DNA of 64,000 nt from a virus (lineage: Duplodnaviria > Caudoviricetes). The stretch is from the IMG/VR virus record IMGVR_UViG_3300044852_000015, positions 32,001 to 96,000 of that record; one strand, written 5' to 3'. Position 1 is the stretch's first letter. The number at the start of each line of letters is the position of its first letter. A program made the translations under genes and the position numbers. Under the pieces are notes generated by a model. That model searched no databases and was not told the DNA's origin. It saw only the letters and a program-made list of their open reading frames with translations. Below, piece by piece: positions 37,833-47,460 of this stretch.

Positions 37833-38531
37833 TCAGCCCTTCAACCACTCCTTAGCAAACGCTGGGGAGATTGGTTTAACCCCGGTACATTGCATGGCCA
37901 GGCTCAGAGTAAATGCAGGGAAGCATTGAAGGCGGATGATCTTGCCGATCTCAGTATTCAGCTCAGCCTTACGAATGAACTCTTTGTAGCTTTCGGCAGC
38001 TTCTTCTTTGGTGATCTCTTTCTTCAACTGGATTTCCAGCTCAGCTTTGAGGTCACGCAACACGATGTGAGGATTACCCATTACCGTGGTGTACAACAGA
38101 TCAGCATCACGCAGGCACTTGGCTTCAAGAGTTTTAGCCTCGCCGACGTAAGGGTACTGAGTAACCCGAATGAACATCTCAACCAAACGAGGGTCCATGT
38201 ACTTAGGTTGGAGTTTCTCGTACGCTGTGTGCCAAGCTGCTACCGCACGGTCGATATTGACCGAGTCTGGCTCGTTGCCGCCACTGTGGTCGAAGTCGTG
38301 GAACAACGCAGCAACGATCATTGCCCGTTCGTTACAGGTGGACTGGGCTTCGCTGGAGTGAGCTTGGAAGAACTCGTCAGCCAACCACGCCATGTAGAGC
38401 ATGTGGCTGGTGTTGTGGTACGGAGCACCCTCAGAAGGATTGTTCTCCGACACGTAGAGCCACAGGTCGTAGAGATCCAGTTGTGTCAAGCGGTTCAGGA
38501 ACAGGACGATGTTAGTTCTTTCAAAGTTCAT
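37833..38531 (-). CDS. HD/PDEase-like metal-dependent phosphohydrolase
   Basis: PYHNTSH, AALFHDFDHSG, RDADL. Confidence 0.85.
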   Translation of the reverse strand: MNFERTNIVLFLNRLTQLDLYDLWLYVSENNPSEGAPYHNTSHMLYMAWLADEFFQAHSSEAQSTCNERAMIVAALFHDFDHSGGNEPDSVNIDRAVAAWHTAYEKLQPKYMDPRLVEMFIRVTQYPYVGEAKTLEAKCLRDADLLYTTVMGNPHIVLRDLKAELEIQLKKEITKEEAAESYKEFIRKAELNTEIGKIIRLQCFPAFTLSLAMQCTGVKPISPAFAKEWLKG

Positions 38532-38561
38532 GGGAACTTCCCCGGTAGATTAAATAGAGTA

Positions 38562-39083
38562 TCAGCTACGAATCCACTTAAGGAATCGTGACCACAGGTT
38601 CATCTCAGGCATCGCCAGTGCAGCTTCAGGTGAGGTCACAGTTTCAACTCGCACCAAGTCTTCTAGCAACACGCCCCACGGGTTACCCTTGGAGTCAGAC
38701 TTCATCTGCACCGGCTTCCAGTACTTACACGCCAACTCAGGGATCTGGGAGAAGTTGGTGAACCCCAAGTAGATCACTGAGTCATCGAGTTCAGCGGAAC
38801 CATCACAGACCATCATGGTTCGCTCACCATTCTCCCCACACCAAGCCAAAGCTCGAGAGGGACCATCGTGATCACTGTGCCAGTTACCAGCAATCAACCC
38901 AGGCTTGTCACCGAACTCGTCGAGGAAGCTTTTGAACAACTCACGGAAACGACCTTTCGACAACCGGTACGTCACCACGTAATCGAAGCGGTTGGTCAGT
39001 TGTCGCAACGTGAGGGGGTGTTGGATCATGACCGCTTTACGCAGTTCTTCTCTCGGCAATACTTCAACTTCCATTACAGTCAT
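38562..39083 (-). CDS. Hypothetical protein
   Basis: AAGGA RBS. Confidence 0.65.
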   Translation of the reverse strand: MTVMEVEVLPREELRKAVMIQHPLTLRQLTNRFDYVVTYRLSKGRFRELFKSFLDEFGDKPGLIAGNWHSDHDGPSRALAWCGENGERTMMVCDGSAELDDSVIYLGFTNFSQIPELACKYWKPVQMKSDSKGNPWGVLLEDLVRVETVTSPEAALAMPEMNLWSRFLKWIRS

Positions 39084-39088
39084 GGTTC

Positions 39089-39253
39089 TTAGTCCTTATC
39101 TTTACCGATCCCAGCCACGACTTCCTGATAGACAGCTTCCATCTCAGGAGAACGTGGGAGGTCATAGTCCGAGTACTTTACAAACGGTACAACTGGTGGG
39201 TTGGGATCTGATTCAGGAGGATGCTTGAGGATTTCTTCCAGTACCTTACTCAT
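39089..39253 (-). CDS. Small ORF, 54 aa
   Basis: MSKVLEEILKHPPESDPNPP...; fills the gap; translated by hand. Confidence 0.5.
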   Translation of the reverse strand: MSKVLEEILKHPPESDPNPPVVPFVKYSDYDLPRSPEMEAVYQEVVAGIGKDKD

Positions 39254-39677
39254 CACGTTGCCCCATTACAGCGACTCGTGGATAGACGATGCCCGACTTA
39301 CGCAGTTCGCCAGTCTTGATGCTACGGGCAAACACTAGGGTCGGAGTCGCTAGGTCTTCATGGTGGTGTATGAGTTGCAACCCCAGTTCTATTCTGGTGA
39401 AGACGCGGAAGTACGGATGGTTCTCGAGGAGGTGGTCCCACCCGTGGGTAAAGAGTTCTACTTTGATGTCCTGGGTACTAAGACCCTTCGGACCAACCAG
39501 CAACACTTCGTCGCCGGGATTGAGTTCCATGTAGCGGTAATCGAGATCGTCCTCGATCGCAATGTTGAGGGCGGCGTAGTAATGGAGCACGTTGGGTTTA
39601 AGCGCAAGCCACTTTGGTACACAGGGTAGGATGCGACCAGCTTTGAACTGCTTACGCAAAGGTCGAGGAAAAGACAT
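39246..39677 (-). CDS. Hypothetical protein
   Basis: AAGGA RBS. Confidence 0.6.
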   Translation of the reverse strand: MSFPRPLRKQFKAGRILPCVPKWLALKPNVLHYYAALNIAIEDDLDYRYMELNPGDEVLLVGPKGLSTQDIKVELFTHGWDHLLENHPYFRVFTRIELGLQLIHHHEDLATPTLVFARSIKTGELRKSGIVYPRVAVMGQRDE

Positions 39678-39702
39678 AACCGGTTCCTTCTAAGGAGTGG
39701 GA

Positions 39703-39834
39703 TTAGTGAAACAGTTGGTACACCAGATTGGCCAAGCACGTAACAATAAACAGGCCGAGGTAAATGCGGTGTTTGACATTCTCGCAGTATTCCAGGCGAC
39801 GGGCTTGGGTTTGACGCAGTGGCCAGTTATCCAT
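39703..39834 (-). CDS. Small ORF, 43 aa, with C-terminal TM
   Basis: MDNWPLRQ...IYLGLFIVTCLANLVYQLFH; fills the gap. Confidence 0.45.
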   Translation of the reverse strand: MDNWPLRQTQARRLEYCENVKHRIYLGLFIVTCLANLVYQLFH

Positions 39835-40099
39835 TGTGTTTACCCCGAGGTTCCATGGGGATGTCTTTCTCGGCGCTACCTTTAGGGAAACAGATTACTT
39901 CACGACGAATACTTTTCCCTGCTACGACACCATTGGTGTACCAGACGCCTTGGTTCAACTCCGCGCCAGTACCCAAGATCAGGGTAGCAGTCCGTTCACA
40001 ACCTAGGTCATCGTAAGTTTCAAAGGACGTGGAGGTTGTTGCGATCGTACCACTGAAGGACATAGTGGTAGTTAGAATTACGTTCATTAATAGTGGCAT
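39827..40099 (-). CDS. Hypothetical protein
   Basis: AAGGA RBS. Confidence 0.55.
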   Translation of the reverse strand: MPLLMNVILTTTMSFSGTIATTSTSFETYDDLGCERTATLILGTGAELNQGVWYTNGVVAGKSIRREVICFPKGSAEKDIPMEPRGKHNG

Positions 40100-40156
40100 T
40101 GTTTCTATCCTTACTTAAGGGCATAAAGGCCACCCCCGGAGGAGTGGCCAGATTAC

Positions 40157-41770
40157 TTATACAGCAGCCTTGGGGAACTTGATCTTCGCGGTGTGTTTGT
40201 AACCCACAACCTCGATGTCTTCAACCTTGAAGTCAAAGATGTTCTTGACATTTGGGTTGAGACGAATGGTTGGGTGGGAGTCTGGATGGGCATCGTGCTC
40301 CAGCCATTCCAACACACCAGGCCATTGATCTTCGTAGATGTGACAGTCGCCACCCATGTAGGTGAAGGTGTCAGTTGCCATACCTACACACTGAGCGATC
40401 ATGTGAGTCAGCATCGAATACTGAACGATGTTGAAAGGATGACCCAGTGGGATGTCATTGCTGCGCATATAGAGCAGCGAAGACAACTTGCGGGTTGGTA
40501 CGTTCGCTTGCTCCAGCAACTCACGTAACACAGCGTCATTCTGGAATTGTGCTTCATGGCGGCGATCGTCATGTTGCATAGCCAGATTCAACATGTCTTG
40601 GGAGAGGTGCTCAAAGCCAGCAGGCTTGTACGTACCCAACCAAACCAGACGTTCTTTAACAGTCATCGGCTTGGAGAAGAACTGACACAGCGTGTGACAA
40701 GGACGCAGAGCCATTTCGTCCAGCTCAGCAACGTTCCAGGCAGACAGAATAATACCCCGGTCGTCTGGTTTGTCGCGCAGTTGGTCGATAACTTTTTGCA
40801 GTTGGTCGATCTTGCGATGTACCACCACCTTCGGACCCATGTTACCCAGCACTTCGAAACCACGCTCTTTGTAAGCATCGAGTTCTTGGTTATCTTCCAG
40901 TACGCGGGTGTCTTCCCAACCGCGCCACTGATGCTGGTAGATCCGTGGGAGTTCACCAGCAACCAATTCTTTGGGCTCTACACCCAACAGGTCGAGGTAA
41001 CACTGCTGAAGTCCGGCGAGGTCGTAGGTGAGGATCAGGCGCTGTTCTTTACCTTCGTCTAACCCGTATTCACCGATCTCGTAGATCTCGTTACGCAGCG
41101 GTTCACTAACCGTTTCTTCCGCAGTCACGGTTTCGAAGGAAACGTTGTAACCTACACCGAAGTGTGCTACGATCGCATCCTGTATTTCTTTCACGGTGAG
41201 GATGTGATATTCTTCAGTACCAGGCTTCACCCATGAATCCCAGATGTTAACCTTGCGGGCCTTGAGGAAGCGGATGTTGGTATCACCGGAGATCATCCAG
41301 ACCAGTTCGACTTTGACGCCGTAGATCCAGGTGTACTTCGATGACACCGCTGGGACTTGGCCCATGGAGATGTCGTAGGTGTGTTGTACGCCGTTCACAC
41401 CACGGGACTTGATACCAGTGCGAGTGGTATCGTTATCGCCTTCTTCCATGATGCGCAACAACAACTCACGAACGTTGTCATCAACGGTTGGTGGAGTCGG
41501 CTTGACCAAAGTCTTCAGGCAGAATTTCTTGTTACGAGCCAACTGCGCCGAAACCTCTGGGCGGAAGTTGAACGGGATGCGTTGGTTGTCCAATTCGCAC
41601 AACAGGTCACCCACTTGCATTGGGTCGTACTTGTTTGCCAGACCGGCCATGTAGTTACCTTTGAAGGAGAGCAGCTCTACACGTTGGTCGAAGGTGTAGA
41701 AGTTCGACTTGTCATGATCCGCAATCATTTTCTTTGCGGTTTCACGTTGTTGTTGATTTGGAAAGGTCAT
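40157..41770 (-). CDS. thyA: Thymidylate synthase (extended, with insertions)
   Basis: TRTG, ELVWMISG, IWDSW, DQL, DDRG, SAWN, MALRPCH, RSNDIPLGHPFN, GDCHIY. Confidence 0.93.
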   Translation of the reverse strand: MTFPNQQQRETAKKMIADHDKSNFYTFDQRVELLSFKGNYMAGLANKYDPMQVGDLLCELDNQRIPFNFRPEVSAQLARNKKFCLKTLVKPTPPTVDDNVRELLLRIMEEGDNDTTRTGIKSRGVNGVQHTYDISMGQVPAVSSKYTWIYGVKVELVWMISGDTNIRFLKARKVNIWDSWVKPGTEEYHILTVKEIQDAIVAHFGVGYNVSFETVTAEETVSEPLRNEIYEIGEYGLDEGKEQRLILTYDLAGLQQCYLDLLGVEPKELVAGELPRIYQHQWRGWEDTRVLEDNQELDAYKERGFEVLGNMGPKVVVHRKIDQLQKVIDQLRDKPDDRGIILSAWNVAELDEMALRPCHTLCQFFSKPMTVKERLVWLGTYKPAGFEHLSQDMLNLAMQHDDRRHEAQFQNDAVLRELLEQANVPTRKLSSLLYMRSNDIPLGHPFNIVQYSMLTHMIAQCVGMATDTFTYMGGDCHIYEDQWPGVLEWLEHDAHPDSHPTIRLNPNVKNIFDFKVEDIEVVGYKHTAKIKFPKAAV

Positions 41771-41797
41771 GTGTGTTCTCCTGGGTATCGTTACCCG

Positions 41798-42214
41798 TTA
41801 GATGCAGATGTAAGTGCCGCGATTGTTCATGATCTGGTTGAGTATCGACTGTTTCTGGAGAGCGATGTCTGACTCGTTCTCGTAGATGTAGCAATCTTGT
41901 AAGACATCGAGGAACTGCTCGATGCGACCCAGTTGTTCGGATGGGTGATTGAAGAAACTGATGTGTACCGCCGACTCATGGTCAGGTTCGATCACTGCTT
42001 CTTTCAGTTGAGGGGCGAACACGTTTGTTACGACCACCAGCGTCCCGGTGTTCTTAGCCCGACTAACCCAGCAGACCAGACGCTGAGGTTTCCCGGTTTC
42101 AGGATCAGCCAAACGTACGAACTCACCCAGTGGTGCAACTTGACGGAACCCTTCAACATTCGCCAGCAATTGACGAACGCGGTTTGGAATCAACGTAGCT
42201 TCAACTTTCAACAT
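41798..42214 (-). CDS. Hypothetical early protein
   Basis: Likely start MLKVE downstream of a promoter motif. Confidence 0.65.
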   Translation of the reverse strand: MLKVEATLIPNRVRQLLANVEGFRQVAPLGEFVRLADPETGKPQRLVCWVSRAKNTGTLVVVTNVFAPQLKEAVIEPDHESAVHISFFNHPSEQLGRIEQFLDVLQDCYIYENESDIALQKQSILNQIMNNRGTYICI

Positions 42215-42259
42215 TACATCGACCTTCTTAGGCAAGTTTTTAATGGCATTGTTGCAACT

Positions 42260-42279
42260 AGATGATATACGTTTGAAAT
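42260..42279 (-). promoter_or_regulatory. Early promoter variant
   Basis: Minus strand ATTTCAAACGTATATCATCT. Confidence 0.55.
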
Positions 42280-42338
42280 ATCTTTCTATAAGGGCATAGA
42301 GCCGTGGGGCTTTCACCCACACGGCTCGAACCTTTTAC

Positions 42339-44021
42339 TTACGAAGCCAGGTCGCTCAAACGCGTAGCTTCTTCTTCAGCAGTCGGTTGCACCGAGTCGC
42401 TGATGCGGGTCAGTTCGTCAACTGCAACTTTCATCTGGTCGTCAGTAGTACCGACTTCACGATGCAGTTCAGTCAACACCTTGGTTTCAGCCGAAGGGTC
42501 AATCGGGTTGCCAGTACCTTGCCAGACAGCAGGTTGTTCAATGAAACCCGGACCAGCATCCAGTTGACCGATGATAGCTTTGGCGAACTGATCAACTGGA
42601 GCTTCAGCAGTGTCGATACCGTGAACGCCAACCACGGACTCCTTGTAGGTGTCCGTCAGAAACTTGATGGTCTCCGATGGATTTGGATCTTCCGGGTGGA
42701 TGGTGAAGTACAGCCCACCGTCTTCCCCACGAAACATCCCTTCAACGTTCAGCGGGTCCATCCACTGTTCCAACAGGCCGGCTTTGACTTGTGCCAGTGT
42801 GGCGATTGGGTCTTTGTCGGACGGCAGGACGTGTGCGTGTAGTTCCTTTGGACCTTCCCATGGATGTTCGATGGTATCCTGAATGAACACCAACTCACCG
42901 CGAGCGAACAAGCTAGCGCCTTCCGGCAACACCAGGTCTTCCAGTGCTACACCTTCAGCGCGGTGACGAGAGCGATGTTCGTCAGTAATCTCGCCGATTT
43001 CTGGCAGGTCTTCAGGATCACACATGGCGATACCCGATTCTGCGATTTCGAGTTGATCTTGACGCCAGGTCTGATCGGCATCGGGCTCTTCACCCAAGTA
43101 CAGCTCTTCATCCAGATGTTGCACCGGAGCGGTCTGGCCGCGACCAATGTCGGCTTCCACAGTTTCAGCTTGACCGTTCTCTTCGAGGAACATGGCGTCA
43201 ACCTTCGCCGCCGCTTGTGCTGCTTCGATACGCTCAACGTTGGAACGGATGACCAGCTTCGACCAGTTTTCGAAATCGTACTGGGCGTTGACTTCTGGAA
43301 GTTCCAGATCAGCCGACAGTTCTTCCAGGGTACGGAAGCCGACAGTGATCAGTTCTTCTTCCTTACATTCAACTTCCACGCCAGCAGGCAGGCCGATGGT
43401 GTAGACGATACCGATGTGTTGCAGACCGACTTTGTCGCTGTCATCACGCAGGAAGCCTTCGTGACCGTAGGTGAACATGCCACCGGATTCGCTGTAGTCG
43501 CTGAAGGACATACCGTTAAAGGTTGCTTCTTCGTCCAACTCGGTCACCAGGCAGGCCATCAGGCTTTCAGTGGTGTTGAACGACCAGTCTTCGTGGAAAC
43601 GAATGGACGGCGCTTCTGGGTGGCCACCGAGGGCTACGGAGAACTTCTGACCGAGCAGGTCTTCACCGATCAGCTTGGTGCGCTGGTAAACGAAGAACTC
43701 GAGGCTACCGTCTTCACGCTGACGGAAGATAACGATGTACGGGATCGGGTGACGGAAGTACGGATCGCTTTCCAGACGAGCACGCTGGGCAACCAGAGTA
43801 CCTGGCTTCAGAGCTTCCAGACGCTCACGCAGAACGTCGACGGATGGGTCAGTCATGACCTCGAAGCCTTGGACTGGGAACACTGCTTCAGCGGCGTCAC
43901 GGAAGAAGCCGATGATGTTGGCCAGTTTCGCTTGTTCTTTCTTCGACAACACGGGACCAGCTTCTGCTACTGCTGTAGCCAAACCGACTTCGGATGGGTG
44001 TACGTTGTTTGCTTCGGACAT
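42339..44021 (-). CDS. Nudix-family phosphoesterase (COG4112-like) with long acidic C-terminal region
   Basis: R..LESDP.F.HPIPY, YQR...GE..L..K.S..GGH, ELDEE, HIG, FENWS. Confidence 0.75.
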   Translation of the reverse strand: MSEANNVHPSEVGLATAVAEAGPVLSKKEQAKLANIIGFFRDAAEAVFPVQGFEVMTDPSVDVLRERLEALKPGTLVAQRARLESDPYFRHPIPYIVIFRQREDGSLEFFVYQRTKLIGEDLLGQKFSVALGGHPEAPSIRFHEDWSFNTTESLMACLVTELDEEATFNGMSFSDYSESGGMFTYGHEGFLRDDSDKVGLQHIGIVYTIGLPAGVEVECKEEELITVGFRTLEELSADLELPEVNAQYDFENWSKLVIRSNVERIEAAQAAAKVDAMFLEENGQAETVEADIGRGQTAPVQHLDEELYLGEEPDADQTWRQDQLEIAESGIAMCDPEDLPEIGEITDEHRSRHRAEGVALEDLVLPEGASLFARGELVFIQDTIEHPWEGPKELHAHVLPSDKDPIATLAQVKAGLLEQWMDPLNVEGMFRGEDGGLYFTIHPEDPNPSETIKFLTDTYKESVVGVHGIDTAEAPVDQFAKAIIGQLDAGPGFIEQPAVWQGTGNPIDPSAETKVLTELHREVGTTDDQMKVAVDELTRISDSVQPTAEEEATRLSDLAS

Positions 44022-44086
44022 TACGGTTCCTCGGGAACAGGGTTAATCACACAAGATCAGTCGATCGTGTCAATATTTACAGAGGG

Positions 44087-44584
44087 TTAGCGACGGTTCT
44101 TACGGGCGTCTGCAACCTTAGCAGCGATACCGTCAAAGAAGCTACTGACTTCGTCATCGGCGATTTCTGGCTGGTATCCGAGAGTCGATTTAGCGTAGTC
44201 GAACACTGTCTCGACGATCTCACGCATTGCTGCCTCAACGTCTTTAGGGAAGCCATCGCGCCATTCAGAAGGGGTGTCCAACGACCACTCCACCGGAAAG
44301 CCCAGTTCGTCGCGATCGTGAACAATGACACTCCAACGATATGGGTAGCCGTCGCCGACACGGAAGAAGAACGCAGTGTTAGTGCCGTCTTTGTCACCGT
44401 AGAAGTTGTACTGACACTCTTGGTCGAAATGCTTAGTGCCTTGGAACGTGATGACCTGTAGGTTCAACGTACCGCACGAGGTTGGTTTGGACCACATCAT
44501 CTCCCGAGGGATCGCACACTTGCGTAGGCGTTCGAGTTGAGTAGCATAGAAGTGCATCGTTGCGCTTGATTCTGAAAAAGCCAT
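44087..44584 (-). CDS. Hypothetical protein
   Basis: GGAG RBS. Confidence 0.7.
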   Translation of the reverse strand: MAFSESSATMHFYATQLERLRKCAIPREMMWSKPTSCGTLNLQVITFQGTKHFDQECQYNFYGDKDGTNTAFFFRVGDGYPYRWSVIVHDRDELGFPVEWSLDTPSEWRDGFPKDVEAAMREIVETVFDYAKSTLGYQPEIADDEVSSFFDGIAAKVADARKNRR

Positions 44585-44635
44585 TTGAATTCTCCCAACA
44601 TAAAGGAGGGCCGAAGCCCTCCAGTATGCCGTTAC

Positions 44636-46441
44636 TTAAGCAGCACGCAAACGCGCACGAATCGTTTCGAGGTCAACACGGTTGTGGAACTCACCGTTCT
44701 TGAAGACCGAACGCAGTTCACCAGAACCCAACTCGAGATCAGCGAAGGTCATCTCTTGCTCTTGTGCGAGGATGAAATCACCAGCCTCGTCTTTCACAAC
44801 ACGCAGGAAGCCCTTGGCCGACTTCTTGGCAGTTTCGCCTTCAGTCGCTGGTGCTTTGTACAGGTCGATCAATGTACCACCCACGTCCACAGCAGTAGCC
44901 TTGATGGCCATGCCGAAGGTATCGCGGGTGTTGTACTGGTAAGTGTAGCTACCAATGCCCAGTACCACGTTGCAGGAAGCGAAGTTCTTGCGAGCCAGAC
45001 GGCGCATGATTTCTTCGGTACGCTGAACAGTGATGCTGTCGCCGTAGATCAGACCGATGTGCTCGTCGAGTACACGGTAGTCGTTGTCGTTGACAGTGCC
45101 GCCGAAGATGTCCCACAGAACTTCGATAGCGCCCTTCTCTTCCGCCGACAGGACGTGCGGAGTGATCAGGTAACCAGCAACCCAGTGACCTTCTTCGATG
45201 CCTTCCAGAACACCTGGCTTGCGATCAGCAACCTTGTCAGTGGCCAGATAGAGTTCACCGCCGACAGCGCGGAAGTAAACCTTCTTCGGACGCTCGGTCA
45301 GAACACCTTCATGGTACACGGAGTTGGTCATCTTCACGATAGCTTCTGCTTCCGAGAAGATTTCCACACCACAGATGATCTCAACAGGATCACCCGAGTC
45401 AGGACGCACGACCACTTTGTTCAGGCCGGTGCTGTCTTTGGTACGCGCCATGATCTCTGGTTTCAGATCAGGCAGTACGTCAGTCAGGACACCCCAGAAG
45501 TTGAAGGAGTCACACACCAACGAGCAACCGCCGTCTGGGTAGACTTCGGTGATCAGTCGACGGATGAACTGCTTCTCGCCTTCCAAGCGGAGAGCTTTGA
45601 ACTCGGCTTCAGTCAGATCAGGCAACCCGTCAGCACGGCGCTGGTGAATCATGCGGTGCAGGTTCGACAGGATGTTCGCAGTTGCCACGGCGTGTTCGGT
45701 AGCCGGAATCGTGCAGGCCACGAATTCGGTTTCGACGTTGGCACCGTAGTAGTCTTCGACATAGTCGATCGCTGTGATGGTGTCAGTGCCGCAGAAACTG
45801 GTCAAGTGAGCCGAGTTCGAACGACAACCGTCTTCAGGACCACCCACGCCACGGTAGGCGAAGTCGTGACCTTGGACAGCCACGAAGTCAGCCGGCGAAC
45901 CAGTCAGCTTGGCCCAGTGTTCCAGGACGCGACGATACTCGTAAGCGATGGTGGCGTTCGTGACCATTTTCCAGATCAGGTTCGACATCGACGTTTCGAG
46001 GTAGTTCGTGAACCAGAAGAAATCCGGGTTGGTGTTGTAGATCACGTACAGCGGCACGTTCATGTTGACACGTGAACCTTCTGGTAGCGCCAGCACTTGG
46101 ATCGGCAGGTAGCCCAGGTCGTGGAGTGCTTCCATGCCGTCGGTAGGAACTTTACCAACACCCATGTAGTTGTCCATACGACGCTTGTAACGACGGATCA
46201 CCGCTTCTTTAGGCTGGGAGAAGAACGACTTGTCCCACAGCTCTTTCAGTTCTTGCAGGATACCTTGCAGACCGAACCAGGCCACCTTGTGGTCCCAGAA
46301 CTTGGACGCCGACACCGACTTCAGGAACAGACGGTCAGCACGAGCCGTCAGGTTGCCGTAGGTGAAGTGGGTGTTCAGAGGGAACATTGGACGGTGGCCA
46401 ATTTTGTAACCATCGGCAATGTGCGGTGCGAACAGGTTCAT
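44636..46441 (-). CDS. nadV: Nicotinamide phosphoribosyltransferase-like protein (NARP1 Namat candidate)
   Basis: DGYK.GH, HDF.YRG, PATEHA, SLVCDS, VVRPDSGDP, IYGDSIT, GIGSYTYQ..TRDT.G.A.KAT, KSAKG. Confidence 0.92.
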   Translation of the reverse strand: MNLFAPHIADGYKIGHRPMFPLNTHFTYGNLTARADRLFLKSVSASKFWDHKVAWFGLQGILQELKELWDKSFFSQPKEAVIRRYKRRMDNYMGVGKVPTDGMEALHDLGYLPIQVLALPEGSRVNMNVPLYVIYNTNPDFFWFTNYLETSMSNLIWKMVTNATIAYEYRRVLEHWAKLTGSPADFVAVQGHDFAYRGVGGPEDGCRSNSAHLTSFCGTDTITAIDYVEDYYGANVETEFVACTIPATEHAVATANILSNLHRMIHQRRADGLPDLTEAEFKALRLEGEKQFIRRLITEVYPDGGCSLVCDSFNFWGVLTDVLPDLKPEIMARTKDSTGLNKVVVRPDSGDPVEIICGVEIFSEAEAIVKMTNSVYHEGVLTERPKKVYFRAVGGELYLATDKVADRKPGVLEGIEEGHWVAGYLITPHVLSAEEKGAIEVLWDIFGGTVNDNDYRVLDEHIGLIYGDSITVQRTEEIMRRLARKNFASCNVVLGIGSYTYQYNTRDTFGMAIKATAVDVGGTLIDLYKAPATEGETAKKSAKGFLRVVKDEAGDFILAQEQEMTFADLELGSGELRSVFKNGEFHNRVDLETIRARLRAA

Positions 46442-47367
46442 GCAAAAATTCCTTGTACGGAGTGCCAGTAGATTGCTTGATCAGTAACGCCATCTGGGCG
46501 CTGACTGTATTGCGCTTCAGGGTGCCACGAGTTGGTGGTCTCGATGCGGCTGTAGTATTGCTTCAGCTCAGCGTACCCTTTGGTGAACAGACCGTGAGTC
46601 ACCCACAGTTCCAGCTCGTAAGCCGGTTTAGCAGTTGGGAGATCACCTTCACCGAGAATTGGAGTCAGCTTCTCACGCAGAGCCTTCGCCAATTCTACAA
46701 AGGTGTAGCCGCCGTCACAGATGTCGTCGACGACCAACCAGTTCATACCGGGACGGACTTCGAAGTTGATGTCCACACGAGTACCGGTGATCTTGCCGGT
46801 CGCAGTGTCACGGTCTTTAAAGCCGCAGACCACGTGAGGGCAACCAACCATACGAGCCAGCTCGAGGGTCTTCTTCATAGCGCCAGCATCGGGAGCGATG
46901 AGGACGGTGTTGGTCCACGCACCAGTGTTGGCTTCGTTACGACGAGTCATGGCCTTGGCAACGACTTGCGGCAACGAGACGTGACGAACACGATCCAACA
47001 GAGCCAGACCGGTGTCACTGTGAACGTCCAGCACCGACACGGTAGCGTACTGCTGGGAGTTGATCAGGTCACAGAACGGCTTGATGGTCAGCGACTCACC
47101 AGGACGCGGTACACGGTCTTGACGAGCGTACGGTAAGTACGGCATCCACAAGTGAATCTGGATGGCTGGATTCAGGCGACGGATGGCATCAGTCACCATC
47201 AACAGGTCCATGATGTCCGTACCGTTCTTGAGGTGAGCGGTCAGGTTGACAGCCGACCATGTAGCAACGGCTGGGTCGACGTATGGGTGCACTTCACCAC
47301 CCGGCAACACTTTGGAATCAGCAGGAAACGATACAGACGTGTTCCCACGGTTGGTAATCAAAATCAT
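46438..47367 (-). CDS. prs: Ribose-phosphate pyrophosphokinase-like protein (NARP1 Adps candidate)
   Basis: PGGE, PYLPYARQDR, DVHS, APDAGA, VVDDICDGGYTF, VTHGLF; ATGA-coupled to the NAMPT-like gene. Confidence 0.92.
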   Translation of the reverse strand: MILITNRGNTSVSFPADSKVLPGGEVHPYVDPAVATWSAVNLTAHLKNGTDIMDLLMVTDAIRRLNPAIQIHLWMPYLPYARQDRVPRPGESLTIKPFCDLINSQQYATVSVLDVHSDTGLALLDRVRHVSLPQVVAKAMTRRNEANTGAWTNTVLIAPDAGAMKKTLELARMVGCPHVVCGFKDRDTATGKITGTRVDINFEVRPGMNWLVVDDICDGGYTFVELAKALREKLTPILGEGDLPTAKPAYELELWVTHGLFTKGYAELKQYYSRIETTNSWHPEAQYSQRPDGVTDQAIYWHSVQGIFA

Positions 47368-47460
47368 TGTGGCTTCCTTTCTTTTTTACAAACGGGTTAC
47401 TCTCACATGATCTTGGCTGTATGTAGAAAAAAAAACAAGGGGCCGAAGCCCCGAGTTTAA

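Noticed and set aside
40157-41770. Possible DNA-modifying hydroxymethylase
   Set aside because: The dUMP-specifying Asn is retained and DHFR is present; no modification genes nearby
44045-44080. TTGACA upstream of the Nudix gene as a sigma70 promoter
   Set aside because: No convincing -10 box at 16-18 bp spacing
44585-46075. 496-aa ORF antisense to the NAMPT-like gene (likewise 24948-26333, 42864-44090, 3708-5201)
   Set aside because: Same antisense shadow effect over well-supported genes
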